From positions 62,001 through 126,000 of IMG/VR virus record IMGVR_UViG_3300036770_006296: a stretch of 64,000 nucleotides of DNA, one strand, 5' to 3'. This document shows, in pieces, positions 1 through 9,446 of the stretch. Position 1 is the stretch's first letter, and every line of letters begins with the position of its first letter. The translations under genes were made by a program, and so were the position numbers. The notes beneath the pieces are model-generated. The model was not told where the DNA came from. It did no database searches and was given only the letters and a program-made list of their open reading frames with translations.

Positions 1-1
1 G

Positions 2-823
2 GGATTCGGAGAACTTGTAGTAAACTTCCTAGCCTATGTGGGAAAAGCATGTTTCTCGTGGTTATTTAAAGCTATTACCGGTGCTTTATCAGGGATAGGC
101 AAGCTTATAAATGGAATAATGGATCTTCCCTCGAGAATAACAAAGGGAATAGATTCATTTAGAGAAAAATATAAATCATCCTTCATAGGAGGTATTCTAT
201 CAGGGGCTCTTGCAACATTTGTAAGACCTTTTTCTAGCGTTGCATCTAAAGTGATAGATGGATATGTTAAACCAATAGTTAAACCGGTTACAGGTTGGAT
301 GATAGATCTTGGTAAAAAAGAGGCATCTATTTCAGCTAAAATAAAAGCTAATCCAGTACTGGCAAAACCTCCTATACCAGGAGTAAAAGACCCAGGTAAA
401 GTAACTATCCCACAGAAAAAAGTTGAGATATCACCTAAAGATCAGGCAGCTATAAAGAAAATCGGAGTTACTGGAGTAAAAACAATGGTTAAATCTGGAG
501 GTGGATCGGAAAAAATGGTGGAAAAGATCAACAAAGCTCAGGATGAATTCAAAAAGAAATTTCCTGGGGTTTCTAAAGAAAAAGGATCCTGGGGACAAAG
601 TCCTAGCGGTAAAGCAACTTACACCATAAAATCAAAAGAAGCAGAAGGCTCAGTTACCCTGTTCAATGACGGTAAATACACAGTTGTAACAGGTCCCAAC
701 AAAAAAGCTAGAGGGGAATTTAAAGCCGACAAGGGAATAAAATTGATGGAGCCTAAGGATGGATGGAAGAAAAAGAATGAATCTAGAAGATATGTTCTAC
801 CTATAAATTCTTTCTTGGGTTGA
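2..823 (+). CDS. hypothetical Lys-rich protein, 5'-truncated
   Basis: Frame is open from the window start (GFGELVVNFLAYVGKA...), so the GTG at 38 is not the true start. Confidence 0.75.
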   Translation, partial: GFGELVVNFLAYVGKACFSWLFKAITGALSGIGKLINGIMDLPSRITKGIDSFREKYKSSFIGGILSGALATFVRPFSSVASKVIDGYVKPIVKPVTGWMIDLGKKEASISAKIKANPVLAKPPIPGVKDPGKVTIPQKKVEISPKDQAAIKKIGVTGVKTMVKSGGGSEKMVEKINKAQDEFKKKFPGVSKEKGSWGQSPSGKATYTIKSKEAEGSVTLFNDGKYTVVTGPNKKARGEFKADKGIKLMEPKDGWKKKNESRRYVLPINSFLG

Positions 824-865
824 AAACAATTTATTAATTAGATATATAAAACATAAAAAAACAAA

Positions 866-2380
866 ATGAAAAAACAAGTATTATCTTTCAACGAATTTAT
901 ATTCGAAGCTTATAATTCAGTATCTAGAATAATGGAAGGAGAAGTATCCGGAGCTGAAGAATTGATAGAAGCTATAAGTAAATTGGACAAAGCCGGATTA
1001 TCAGCAGAGGCCAAGAAACAGTTAGGCAATTTATCAGGAATAGCTAAAGCAGTTCAAACTACTGAAAATCCAAATGCCGAGAAACATCTAGGAGAAGGCT
1101 TACTAGGGGTTTTGGATAATCTAACAACAACCGGTGTTGAAATAACAGGTATCGTATCAAAGGTTAATACTATTACCTATGACAATCTAATTGCTGGGCA
1201 TGTTTTACTGGAGGATGATAAAAGAGTTAATCTATTGGATTTCTTATATCTTATTAATAGTGAAAACTGTTACAGTAAAATCAATATAGGAGCTTTTGAG
1301 GAAGATGGAAAATTAGAATGGAGCAAGATTCAAACTGATAGAAGATTTACCTTAGCAATGGAGGATTACAGGAAAACAGCAGGTGGCAAAAGATTGAAAC
1401 CTGGAGCAGCTAAATTTGGCAACTTTATTGGATCTTTCTTTTCAAGAGACCCTAATGTTGAGAAAAAAACTAAAGATAGTGTTTACTTAACAGGATCTGG
1501 ATTATTAGGAAATGAAGTTATAACAGGTATCGAAAGCGGAGTTATAAAGACAGAAAAATCTGTTTCCACTTATAAAGATATGGCTCTTGGAGGTAAAAGT
1601 AAAAAAGGAAGAGATAAAAAAGGGTTTTCTAATATTGGAGGAGATAAGAGCGTAATTACTGGATATAATATTGCTCTTCCTTTAGGTGCTGAACTAACGC
1701 CCAATCAAAAATTCCCAACTAAAGGAGCTACTAAAGTATCTAAGAATCCTAAGGCTTACTTTAGTCTTGTTCTTTATACTATGGGACAATCAGAAAAATC
1801 AAATAGAGAAATACCATTTAGTGATTTAGTACTCATAGAAAAAATGAGACCTACTGGCGAAACTATCGTTGAATATACGCTTGATATGTACAACAATGAC
1901 GAAAATGGTAAGCCTCTATTATTTGCTGTGGATTCATCAGTACTTACTGCAGCAGGGAAGGACAACATTAAAGCTGCCATAGAGCAATTTTATGCAATTG
2001 AATCTATAGAGATTCTAGGATTTGCTTCTCAAGAAGGTGCGGTAGATCATAACACTAATCTTTGTAAGGCAAGAGCAAAAGCAGTTGCAGACTTTGTAAA
2101 AAGTGTAAAAGAATGGAACATTCCTGCTACTAGTGTGACTTCTTCAGATACAGCTAACATTCAACCAAAATCTCCAGCAGCAACCGAAACAGAGAGGAAG
2201 AAATGGAGAAAAGTTCAATTTAAAATTAAAGGTACTAAAACAATTACTAGACCTGGGGAAGAAAACTTTATTGAATATGTGCCTACTACTGGTAAATTTA
2301 ATCCAGATAAAGTTGATATCTACCAAACAATTATAACTATGGAAGTTAGCGCTAGATCAACTAGAGTTAAAGGAAGATAA
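866..2380 (+). CDS. CTS-bearing protein with C-terminal OmpA-like peptidoglycan-binding domain
   Basis: IEILGFASQEG..HNTNLCKARAKAVADFV...RKKWRKVQFKI fits the OmpA_C pattern; N-term MKKQVLSFNEFIFE; LP upstream. Confidence 0.6.
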   Translation: MKKQVLSFNEFIFEAYNSVSRIMEGEVSGAEELIEAISKLDKAGLSAEAKKQLGNLSGIAKAVQTTENPNAEKHLGEGLLGVLDNLTTTGVEITGIVSKVNTITYDNLIAGHVLLEDDKRVNLLDFLYLINSENCYSKINIGAFEEDGKLEWSKIQTDRRFTLAMEDYRKTAGGKRLKPGAAKFGNFIGSFFSRDPNVEKKTKDSVYLTGSGLLGNEVITGIESGVIKTEKSVSTYKDMALGGKSKKGRDKKGFSNIGGDKSVITGYNIALPLGAELTPNQKFPTKGATKVSKNPKAYFSLVLYTMGQSEKSNREIPFSDLVLIEKMRPTGETIVEYTLDMYNNDENGKPLLFAVDSSVLTAAGKDNIKAAIEQFYAIESIEILGFASQEGAVDHNTNLCKARAKAVADFVKSVKEWNIPATSVTSSDTANIQPKSPAATETERKKWRKVQFKIKGTKTITRPGEENFIEYVPTTGKFNPDKVDIYQTIITMEVSARSTRVKGR

Positions 2381-2395
2381 AAAATATGACACAAT

Positions 2396-2425
2396 AAAAA
2401 AGGATCCTCTAGGGGATCCTTTTTT
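2396..2425. terminator. bidirectional intrinsic terminator
   Basis: AAAAAAGGATCC-TCTAGG-GGATCCTTTTTT between convergent genes. Confidence 0.85.
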
Positions 2426-2439
2426 GTTTTATACTATTT

Positions 2440-2874
2440 CTAGTTTATTGCAACCACTAAGTAATATTTGCCATTCTTTTCTACTGACTCTACCCAGAAA
2501 CGATTTCCCTCAATGTAGGGTACATAATTACGGAATGTATCCTGTCCTAGCATTTTAACTAAGGAATTACATAATCCATCGACCTTATAATTTTCTGGCT
2601 TCTCAGAAAGCTCCCAAATTTGGTGGAAGTAAGCGTAGTTTTTACCTTTAACTATTTCTTTCCCATCGACCTCCTGGTCAACAAATTTAATACAGCTTTC
2701 TTTTAAAGTTGAGTCGAGTTCAACCTCATGGTTGAAAAACTGCGTGAGACTTTGGTCAAAAGAGACCTTAATCTTGTCGAGTCCTACAAATAAAGGCTGA
2801 GGACCATTACTAAAGCCTTTGTTATTAATTCCAATCAAGGATAAAAATAACAGTGATAAACCTAAATTTTTCAT
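2440..2874 (-). CDS. secreted protein (Sec signal peptide), possibly CAP/SCP-like
   Basis: MKNLGLSLLFLSLIGINNKGFS signal; EP on - strand at ~2900-2940. Confidence 0.65.
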   Translation of the reverse strand: MKNLGLSLLFLSLIGINNKGFSNGPQPLFVGLDKIKVSFDQSLTQFFNHEVELDSTLKESCIKFVDQEVDGKEIVKGKNYAYFHQIWELSEKPENYKVDGLCNSLVKMLGQDTFRNYVPYIEGNRFWVESVEKNGKYYLVVAIN

Positions 2875-2987
2875 AACATAAATTTTAAATTGTTAGACAT
2901 CTCAAATATAGAGCATTATCTACTGATAAAAAAAGGATTCTTGGAATTTATTTAAAATAGAGATATATAATAGAAAAACTAAAAAAA

Positions 2988-4268
2988 ATGAAAAAACAGG
3001 TATTATCGTTCGCCGAATTCGTGTTTGAAGCATATAACACTATGAATGAGGAAGACAAAGTTACAATAGGATCTTTTGATCCCCTAAAAAAAACCCTAGG
3101 AGGGGGATTAAGTTTTAATAAAACTGAGACTGAAAGATTTAAGTTAACAATCGACAGACTAAATATGCTTAATCCTTCTACAAAGGTAGCTGAAGAGGCT
3201 CTTGTAAGAGCAGAAGGTATAACAGAGAAGATAAACCAATCATCAGAAGGGGTTAAGATATCATCAGCAGGAATAACACAGGCTGTTACCGTTACAAACA
3301 AATATGGATGGTTAGTAAATGGTACATGCAGAGTACAAAATGATATTACTGCCGATTCTAGTGTAGCTGAAGGAGATTCTCCTGCTTATAATGGAACAGA
3401 TGGCACTGATGTAGTTGTGGCACCAATAGCATCAGTGTTAAAAAAATTGTTTGCACATAACCTAGATTCAGCTAATGACTTGTTAGGGAAATCAAAAAAG
3501 GAACTTAAAAACGACTCAAATTTTGGAACAAAAGGTAAGAGCAAAGGGAAAAGTGAAGTGTTTTATACTATTGATGAAGACTCATTGAAAGGAGATGTTA
3601 TACAAATTATTAAATTTGAGGGGGAAGTCCCAGGAACTCCAACTGGAGAATATGGATTTGGATTCCCTGTTTATACAATTGCAGAAAATCCAGAAGGAGG
3701 TCTTGCAATTGAGACCGGAACTAACGAGATATCTAAGGATATTTACGATGTGGTTCTTCCCCCAGATCCAACAGCAACAGTTGTGACTGTAGAGAATAAG
3801 CCTTACAATTCAACGGGAGTGGATTTCTTTGAAGAAAATGCGGTTGAGATTGGTGAGGATGGTATGGCAGCTCTTAGAGCTATTCTATCCGAATTTAATA
3901 CAATTTCAAAAATCGTAGTTAATGGAGGAGCATCTAGTAAACCAACTTCCAGAGCAGGAGGAAACGAGAAACTAGCTAAAGATAGAATGGCTGCTGGAGT
4001 TGCTGCTTTGACCCAAATGAAAAAAGATGGTGTTGCTCAGCTAGCTGGTGCTACTATTTCTGCAGGTGAAGCAAAAGTACAGGCTGCAGCACCTTCAGAA
4101 AGCGATCCTAAGAATCAACAGGTTTCTTTTGTAATCTCTGGAACAATTAAAAAAATGGTGGAGAGCACAGATACAACACCCGTTGTTATAAAGAAAGTTG
4201 ATTCCAAGATGGCTCAGGTAGTAACATTGAAAAAGCAATATTTATATTGTAGTTATAATATATCTTAA
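2988..4268 (+). CDS. paralog of 866..2380, degenerate OmpA-like C-terminal domain
   Basis: N-term MKKQVLSFAEFVFEAYN; IVVNGGAS...NEKLAKDRMAAGVAAL...KNQQVSFVI; LP upstream. Confidence 0.6.
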   Translation: MKKQVLSFAEFVFEAYNTMNEEDKVTIGSFDPLKKTLGGGLSFNKTETERFKLTIDRLNMLNPSTKVAEEALVRAEGITEKINQSSEGVKISSAGITQAVTVTNKYGWLVNGTCRVQNDITADSSVAEGDSPAYNGTDGTDVVVAPIASVLKKLFAHNLDSANDLLGKSKKELKNDSNFGTKGKSKGKSEVFYTIDEDSLKGDVIQIIKFEGEVPGTPTGEYGFGFPVYTIAENPEGGLAIETGTNEISKDIYDVVLPPDPTATVVTVENKPYNSTGVDFFEENAVEIGEDGMAALRAILSEFNTISKIVVNGGASSKPTSRAGGNEKLAKDRMAAGVAALTQMKKDGVAQLAGATISAGEAKVQAAAPSESDPKNQQVSFVISGTIKKMVESTDTTPVVIKKVDSKMAQVVTLKKQYLYCSYNIS

Positions 4269-4281
4269 TATCAAAGAACAC

Positions 4282-4315
4282 AAAAAAGCCTATCTTTTGG
4301 ATAGGCTTTTTTTTT
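4282..4315. terminator. bidirectional intrinsic terminator
   Basis: AAAAAAGCCTATC-TTTTG-GATAGGCTTTTTTT. Confidence 0.85.
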
Positions 4316-4328
4316 GAGATAAGGAAAT

Positions 4329-4775
4329 TTATTCATTACCAGTGGATAAATTTCTACTAAAGTTGTTGTCTATGATAATTCCATAACGAACCATCCCGTT
4401 TTCTTTGGTAGCAGTTGCACAGAATTCGGTAAATTCACATTTTTTTAAAGCTGCATCATCCATATACAAAACTTTTTTAAGGTATTCCTTGTAAGCTGTA
4501 ACTAATTTTTCGGCTTCTACCTTTTCCTCGTTGGCTGTGTTTACCATGCCTCCTTTTTTAGTTCCGTAGCAATCTGGATACCCTGCCTCTGCCTGACTTG
4601 TAGCTCTTGTAGCAAAATTTAATGTCGTGTCCAATTTCATACCCGGAAATTGCTTATACATTTCAGAGATTAGCAGACTCTCGAATTTTTCAACTTTAAA
4701 GTTGTTGGCTTTTTGTGCTTTCAATCCCGTTACTGATACCAGGATGACAGCTAAGATTAAAAATAGATTTTTCAT
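4329..4775 (-). CDS. secreted protein, remote paralog of 2440..2874
   Basis: MKNLFLILAVILVSVTGLKA signal; shares LD(S/T)TL and (K/E)NG..(Y) C-terminal strand; EP on - strand ~4800-4845. Confidence 0.65.
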   Translation of the reverse strand: MKNLFLILAVILVSVTGLKAQKANNFKVEKFESLLISEMYKQFPGMKLDTTLNFATRATSQAEAGYPDCYGTKKGGMVNTANEEKVEAEKLVTAYKEYLKKVLYMDDAALKKCEFTEFCATATKENGMVRYGIIIDNNFSRNLSTGNE

Positions 4776-4860
4776 AACTTTATTTTTTAATTGTTAGACC
4801 ACTCAAATGTAGAGCATAACCTATAATAAAAAAAAGGATTTCTAAAAAAATAAAGCCACA

Positions 4861-4886
4861 AAAAAAGACCCCTTTCAGGGTCTTTT
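4861..4886 (-). terminator. intrinsic terminator
   Basis: AAAAGACCC-TGAAA-GGGGTCTTTTTT on - strand. Confidence 0.75.
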
Positions 4887-4906
4887 AGTAGTTTGATCTA
4901 GGTTGA

Positions 4907-5188
4907 TTAAGCGTTAGCCCAAACAAATCCACCAGCAGTTTTCATGATTCCACGAACCACTTTAGAGATTGAGCCAGTGTTAACTCCTGTTGCTCTTTCA
5001 GCATCAGACATTGAGTTGTACTTTCTGATTCTTCTACCTCTTGGGGTAAGCTGGATAACTGCAATAGTATTTCTATTACTAGTTTTAGATTTAGTAACTA
5101 CTGCCTTAGTAGCTTTAGGAGCTGTTTTAGAAACGGCTCTAACAGTCTTAGCCGTAGCCTTAACAGTTTTCTTTGTTTTTGTACTCAT
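4907..5188 (-). CDS. NUMOD1 HTH DNA-binding protein with K/A/T-rich basic N-tail
   Basis: VIQLTPRGRRIRKYNSMSDAERATGVNTGSISKVVRGIMKTAGGFVW is a typical NUMOD1 motif. Confidence 0.8.
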   Translation of the reverse strand: MSTKTKKTVKATAKTVRAVSKTAPKATKAVVTKSKTSNRNTIAVIQLTPRGRRIRKYNSMSDAERATGVNTGSISKVVRGIMKTAGGFVWANA

Positions 5189-5290
5189 TTTTTTTGTTTT
5201 TTATGATTATATAATTTATACTCATTTATCATTAAAAAGTTTCATTTAAAGCGTTTTAAAAGCATTTAGATGTTTGATATATAGATTAGG

Positions 5291-5458
5291 ATGACAAAGA
5301 AAAAAAGGCGCATTAAAACGTTTAAAAACTGGCTTCTTGCTAGAGATTCATCTAGCCGTATATCAACTAAATCAAATTATAATGGGTTTCTTGAATCTGA
5401 AGAAACTGAAGATAAGAAGGATCCGTTATTTTTTAGATCTTCTAGGCTTAATAGATGA
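5291..5458 (+). CDS. 55-aa small protein, not in ORF track
   Basis: MTKKKRRIKTFKNWLL...; LP at 5275; RIKTF is CTS-like. Confidence 0.45.
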   Translation: MTKKKRRIKTFKNWLLARDSSSRISTKSNYNGFLESEETEDKKDPLFFRSSRLNR

Positions 5459-6433
5459 TTTTTTCTTATATGAAACCTTAGCCTGTCCTATTCTGTCAAT
5501 AGTAAACTTGTTTAATTCTTCAAACACTATATACTGAAATGGTTCTTCCTTGTTCTTACTCTCGTATATTATAATGGAACTCAAAGAACATAGTATAAAG
5601 TATTGCTCTAAAGGAATAGGGGAAAGATCCCCTAGCCCCAATATGTTATTCACATAATCGTTTAATTCCCTCTTTTGTACACGGGTGGTTCTGTTAGGAT
5701 CTATTATAGATGCTAGCTTCACACTTAGCATACCCCTTCCTAACCAGTTCCTGAGAGAATTTCTCACCACTGAATAATTAATATACTCCTTAGGTGATTC
5801 TGTGCTGATCTTAAATACGATTCTGTCGTCCGTCTTGGACTCTAGCTTCCAGATATTACTATTTAATTCAATGTATCCTCTAGGACAAAGAAAGCTTTCA
5901 CAAAAATGTCTTAGACCTTTCCTTATATCATTATTATTTACGTCTGTTAAGCTAGTAATAAACCCACCCTGGACTAGAGCTTGTATGATTGTCCCTAAAT
6001 CAGTAAAGAAAGATGTTGCTTCTGTTAGTCTGAAGTTTTCTCCGTAAGATTTAACCTCCATTCTTTCAGACGAATCAAGAAATAATATATCTGGATTTCT
6101 TTTACCCCCGCTGTAACTATTATCTGATAGGAGTAAACACATTATTTCACCAGGTCCCAGGTATGAATGACTCCAATCCGAAACGAAATAAAATGTCCTA
6201 GTTAATTTCTTGTCTTCCGAGAGAAACTTATTTAGAACTAATAAAGAATCCTTTAACTGATTTTCCCTGTTTTCTTTTATGAATTCCCAAAAAATCTTAA
6301 ATGGTTTTTGGTTCTCGTTTATGTGAGAGTAAAAAGAGGTTAGAAATCTTTTGGATATAGTTGGACTGATTAATTTGGTCCTGAAATATTCTTCAAATTC
6401 CTGTTTATAAATCTCAACAGTGCTTCTTCTCAT
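5426..6433 (-). CDS. putative PD-(D/E)xK nuclease-fold protein
   Basis: GPGEI...NPDILF..SERMEVKS spacing matches E...PD...ExK. Confidence 0.45.
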   Translation of the reverse strand: MRRSTVEIYKQEFEEYFRTKLISPTISKRFLTSFYSHINENQKPFKIFWEFIKENRENQLKDSLLVLNKFLSEDKKLTRTFYFVSDWSHSYLGPGEIMCLLLSDNSYSGGKRNPDILFLDSSERMEVKSYGENFRLTEATSFFTDLGTIIQALVQGGFITSLTDVNNNDIRKGLRHFCESFLCPRGYIELNSNIWKLESKTDDRIVFKISTESPKEYINYSVVRNSLRNWLGRGMLSVKLASIIDPNRTTRVQKRELNDYVNNILGLGDLSPIPLEQYFILCSLSSIIIYESKNKEEPFQYIVFEELNKFTIDRIGQAKVSYKKKSSIKPRRSKK

Positions 6434-6505
6434 TCATAATATTATATCCAAAAGGACATAATAAGTTACAAATCATTCTTTTGTCTTACAGTAAAAATAG
6501 GTAAT

Positions 6506-6580
6506 AAAAAAACCGATTCCGAAGAATCGGTTTTGAGAGATATGGAGAAGCAGAAAGCCCTAGAGCTTTTGCTGGATGTA
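6506..6580 (-). ncRNA. candidate late small RNA
   Basis: GATAAATA on - strand (6582-6589), bulged hairpin, C(UUCG)G terminator with U-tract on - strand; no ORF. Confidence 0.35.
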
Positions 6581-6673
6581 TTATTTATCCGGTATTTAAA
6601 GAAAAGTTTCAATAAAACAAAAAAACCCCGGACTCCCGCAAGAAAAAAGATATATAATAAAAAACTTGAATAG

Positions 6674-7384
6674 ATGAAAGTTAAAAATTATAAGAACTTT
6701 ATAAAACTCCAAGAAGTTAGGAGAGAGAAAAAATGCCCCGTATTAAGTTTTAAACCAATTAGAGAATCTGAAACATATCAAGATATGATCGGAATGGGAT
6801 GGATCGAGGTACTAGCAGACAATCCTAAAGGAATTTTAGCATGGGCAACAGCAGAAGAAAGAAGTCATAAAGATAGAATGGGTAACATCGCATTCTATCA
6901 TCCGGTATTTCAAGGGAGAAGATTAACAAGAAGAGCAACCTCGAATGCACCGGAGGGATATCCACACTTTAATATAAAACACGACGGTGGAGTTAGAGTT
7001 GTTGAGGGTCTTCAAAACAGTGCTGAATTTCCAAGATTAACTACAGATCTAACAAGATCTTGTATGACTATTGAGGATTACCTTTACAAAATGAGTTTTT
7101 TAATAAAATATGCTATGAGAGAGCAAGGATTTCCTATCTCAGATAGCGAACTTTATGATAATGAATCCTACAAAGATCTTATAAAAAGAAAAATGCAGGA
7201 AGATCCAACAGTAATCAAACATTTCAAAGATGTAGATGTGCCTTCAGATCCTAGAGAAACAAGTATTGCTGGATCTGAAAAAATATACAAGCAAGTTTCA
7301 CTTCCTCCTAGTTTAAAAAAGGATGATCTAGGAAAAGGAGCTGCGATGTTGAAAAGATTTGGAGCATTCGGAGAAGATGAATAA
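6674..7384 (+). CDS. hypothetical protein, CTS-like N-term and C-terminal KG-tag
   Basis: MKVKNYKNFIKLQE...; ends KGAAMLKRFGAFGEDE; LP at 6649. Confidence 0.85.
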   Translation: MKVKNYKNFIKLQEVRREKKCPVLSFKPIRESETYQDMIGMGWIEVLADNPKGILAWATAEERSHKDRMGNIAFYHPVFQGRRLTRRATSNAPEGYPHFNIKHDGGVRVVEGLQNSAEFPRLTTDLTRSCMTIEDYLYKMSFLIKYAMREQGFPISDSELYDNESYKDLIKRKMQEDPTVIKHFKDVDVPSDPRETSIAGSEKIYKQVSLPPSLKKDDLGKGAAMLKRFGAFGEDE

Positions 7385-7401
7385 GGTTAGGGCTTAAAAC
7401 A

Positions 7402-8010
7402 ATGATAGAGATAACACAGATAATAGTAACCGGAATTTTTTCCGTAGTAGTGGCCTTTGGTACCGTTTGGTTAAAACACTATCTAGATAATAAAAAGAAA
7501 GCTACCGACGAAGAAAATTATGAGAGAATCTCACAGCAAGACATAGACTCTATGCTGGAAGTACAGGAATTTCTAGAAGATTTCAGAGAAAAATGGGGAT
7601 TCGACAGGGTAGGTATATTTCAATTTCATAATGGGGGTAAATTTTTTCACGGTATTCCGATGAAAAAATATTCACAGACCTTTGAATCAGTATCTCACGG
7701 GGTTTCTAAATCTAAGGAACATAATCAGGGCGTGTTTGTAACGGAACATCCATCTCTTATGAAACACTTAAGTGAGAAAGAATTCTTTCATGTTGATGCG
7801 GACGATCCAGTTCTTGACTATATAAGAGGAAGAGTAACAGAGGAAGGTATACTGCAGATATTTAGCTCTCCTATAAGAAGTCTTTCTGGACAACTAATTG
7901 GATTTATTCAGTTACACACTGTTAAGCACAAAGTGGATATGACGGATGAGCTAATAGTTGAGATAATAGATCTAGCTAATAATCTCTCCGGATATTTAAT
8001 AAAAAAATGA
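7402..8010 (+). CDS. single-TM + GAF-like protein, putative T4 gp t-type holin
   Basis: N-terminal TM (IIVTGIFSVVVAFGTVWL) then DRVGIFQFHNGG...SSPIRSLSGQLIGFIQL GAF-like strand pattern. Confidence 0.45.
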   Translation: MIEITQIIVTGIFSVVVAFGTVWLKHYLDNKKKATDEENYERISQQDIDSMLEVQEFLEDFREKWGFDRVGIFQFHNGGKFFHGIPMKKYSQTFESVSHGVSKSKEHNQGVFVTEHPSLMKHLSEKEFFHVDADDPVLDYIRGRVTEEGILQIFSSPIRSLSGQLIGFIQLHTVKHKVDMTDELIVEIIDLANNLSGYLIKK

Positions 8011-8429
8011 CAACAGAGTACGAGATAAATTTTTTTACCAAAGGAGAAGGGGAATTAGTTTTTACTCTTGGTATAGTAGGAGGCTCAAGAACTAAGCTTC
8101 TCTATAATATTATTACCCAGAATTGGGACCAGGGAGGATATTTCACCGTTGACGAAGATGATTGGAATGATATAGAATGGAATTTTTTAGATATAATTTG
8201 TGAGAATGTCCCTTATCATCATGAAGATCCAGATGGATATAATAAATTCATCTATAATTTAGAAATGCTTTGTGAATACAATCTTAATATAAGAGGAGCA
8301 ATATCAAAATATAATGCTGAAATAAAAGAAAAAGCTATCTTAGAAACGCTTTGTGGTTGTATACTAGAAAATTTCGATTACGAAGCGGCAGGAACTGAGG
8401 AATTTAAATTTAAGATACAAAAATTATGA
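8007..8429 (+). CDS. acidic hypothetical protein
   Basis: ATGA-coupled; paralog of next ORF (RTKLLYNIITQNWD vs RSNLLYNILNNQWD). Confidence 0.8.
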   Translation: MTTEYEINFFTKGEGELVFTLGIVGGSRTKLLYNIITQNWDQGGYFTVDEDDWNDIEWNFLDIICENVPYHHEDPDGYNKFIYNLEMLCEYNLNIRGAISKYNAEIKEKAILETLCGCILENFDYEAAGTEEFKFKIQKL

Positions 8430-8812
8430 TATACGAATTTAGATTTTCAGCAGAGGAGGATCCTGAGGTATACAAGATGGTAATAGAAGCAGATACTAGA
8501 TCTAATCTACTTTATAATATATTAAATAACCAATGGGATACGGAACAAATTTATTTTGATGATACCGAAATAATTCAGATTTTGGAGAACATCTTTGATA
8601 GATTAATGAATGCGGATCCAAGAACATATTCGGAAGATCTATATGATTTTTTAATGAGATGTCAATTTAAGCTTGATCTTAGAAGATTTTTAGGTGAAAA
8701 CAGCAATGAATCTTTACAAAGACTATTACATTTATTTGGAGAATGTGTTTGTAATATTTTTGACGAAGAATCTGGAGGTCTTGATTTCGAGTACGAATTC
8801 CTAGAAAGGTAA
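8426..8812 (+). CDS. acidic hypothetical protein, tandem paralog
   Basis: ATGA overlap; shared motif with 8007..8429. Confidence 0.8.
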   Translation: MIYEFRFSAEEDPEVYKMVIEADTRSNLLYNILNNQWDTEQIYFDDTEIIQILENIFDRLMNADPRTYSEDLYDFLMRCQFKLDLRRFLGENSNESLQRLLHLFGECVCNIFDEESGGLDFEYEFLER

Positions 8813-9043
8813 ATCCATAGCCATTAAGAATATGTGCTCCTTATTAGCATTATACATAGCCATTTTTTCTAACATCTCCTCTTTACTTAACTTGCTAAAT
8901 AAATAAGATTTATCCTCCACGATACATTCATGATCCTCGTCTCCCAGTGTATTATCCCACAATTCGTAGAAATATTTCAACGCATGGTCATATCCATATA
9001 CGAATTCTCGATTTCCCTCTAGTTGTATAACGTATCTACTCAT
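8801..9043 (-). CDS. hypothetical protein
   Basis: Coupled to the upstream DUF4326 gene. Confidence 0.7.
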   Translation of the reverse strand: MSRYVIQLEGNREFVYGYDHALKYFYELWDNTLGDEDHECIVEDKSYLFSKLSKEEMLEKMAMYNANKEHIFLMAMDLPF

Positions 9044-9402
9044 TATATTAATTGTTTTTGTTTGTTTTTAAGCTCGCTATTGAGATATTTTGCTAAGACT
9101 TGACCATGACAAAGGAAACTCTTTTCAGATCCGTCTGCGGGCTTATTACAACACCAACATCCCAATACTTTTCCCTTTAATTCATCGATATCTTTTATTA
9201 ACCCGCTTTCATTTAGATACTTTTCATATCCTTCTATAGCTTCTTTTCTAGAATCAACCTTAAATTTAGCTTGCGTCTTATCAAGATCTTTGTGTGTGTA
9301 AGGATTAGCCCACTTGCTAGGCCTTCCTATATACACATCATGGAAATATTTTTTAAAGTGGACCACATATGTTACTCCATCTATCCTTTCGAAATTCTCC
9401 AT
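9043..9402 (-). CDS. DUF4326 domain protein
   Basis: DVYIGRPSKWANPY...ELKGKVLGCWC...CHGQVL; EP on - strand ~9410-9445. Confidence 0.85.
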   Translation of the reverse strand: MENFERIDGVTYVVHFKKYFHDVYIGRPSKWANPYTHKDLDKTQAKFKVDSRKEAIEGYEKYLNESGLIKDIDELKGKVLGCWCCNKPADGSEKSFLCHGQVLAKYLNSELKNKQKQLI

Positions 9403-9446
9403 ATCACAAAGATAGTAAAATATAGATGTATAAAAAAATGATTCTT

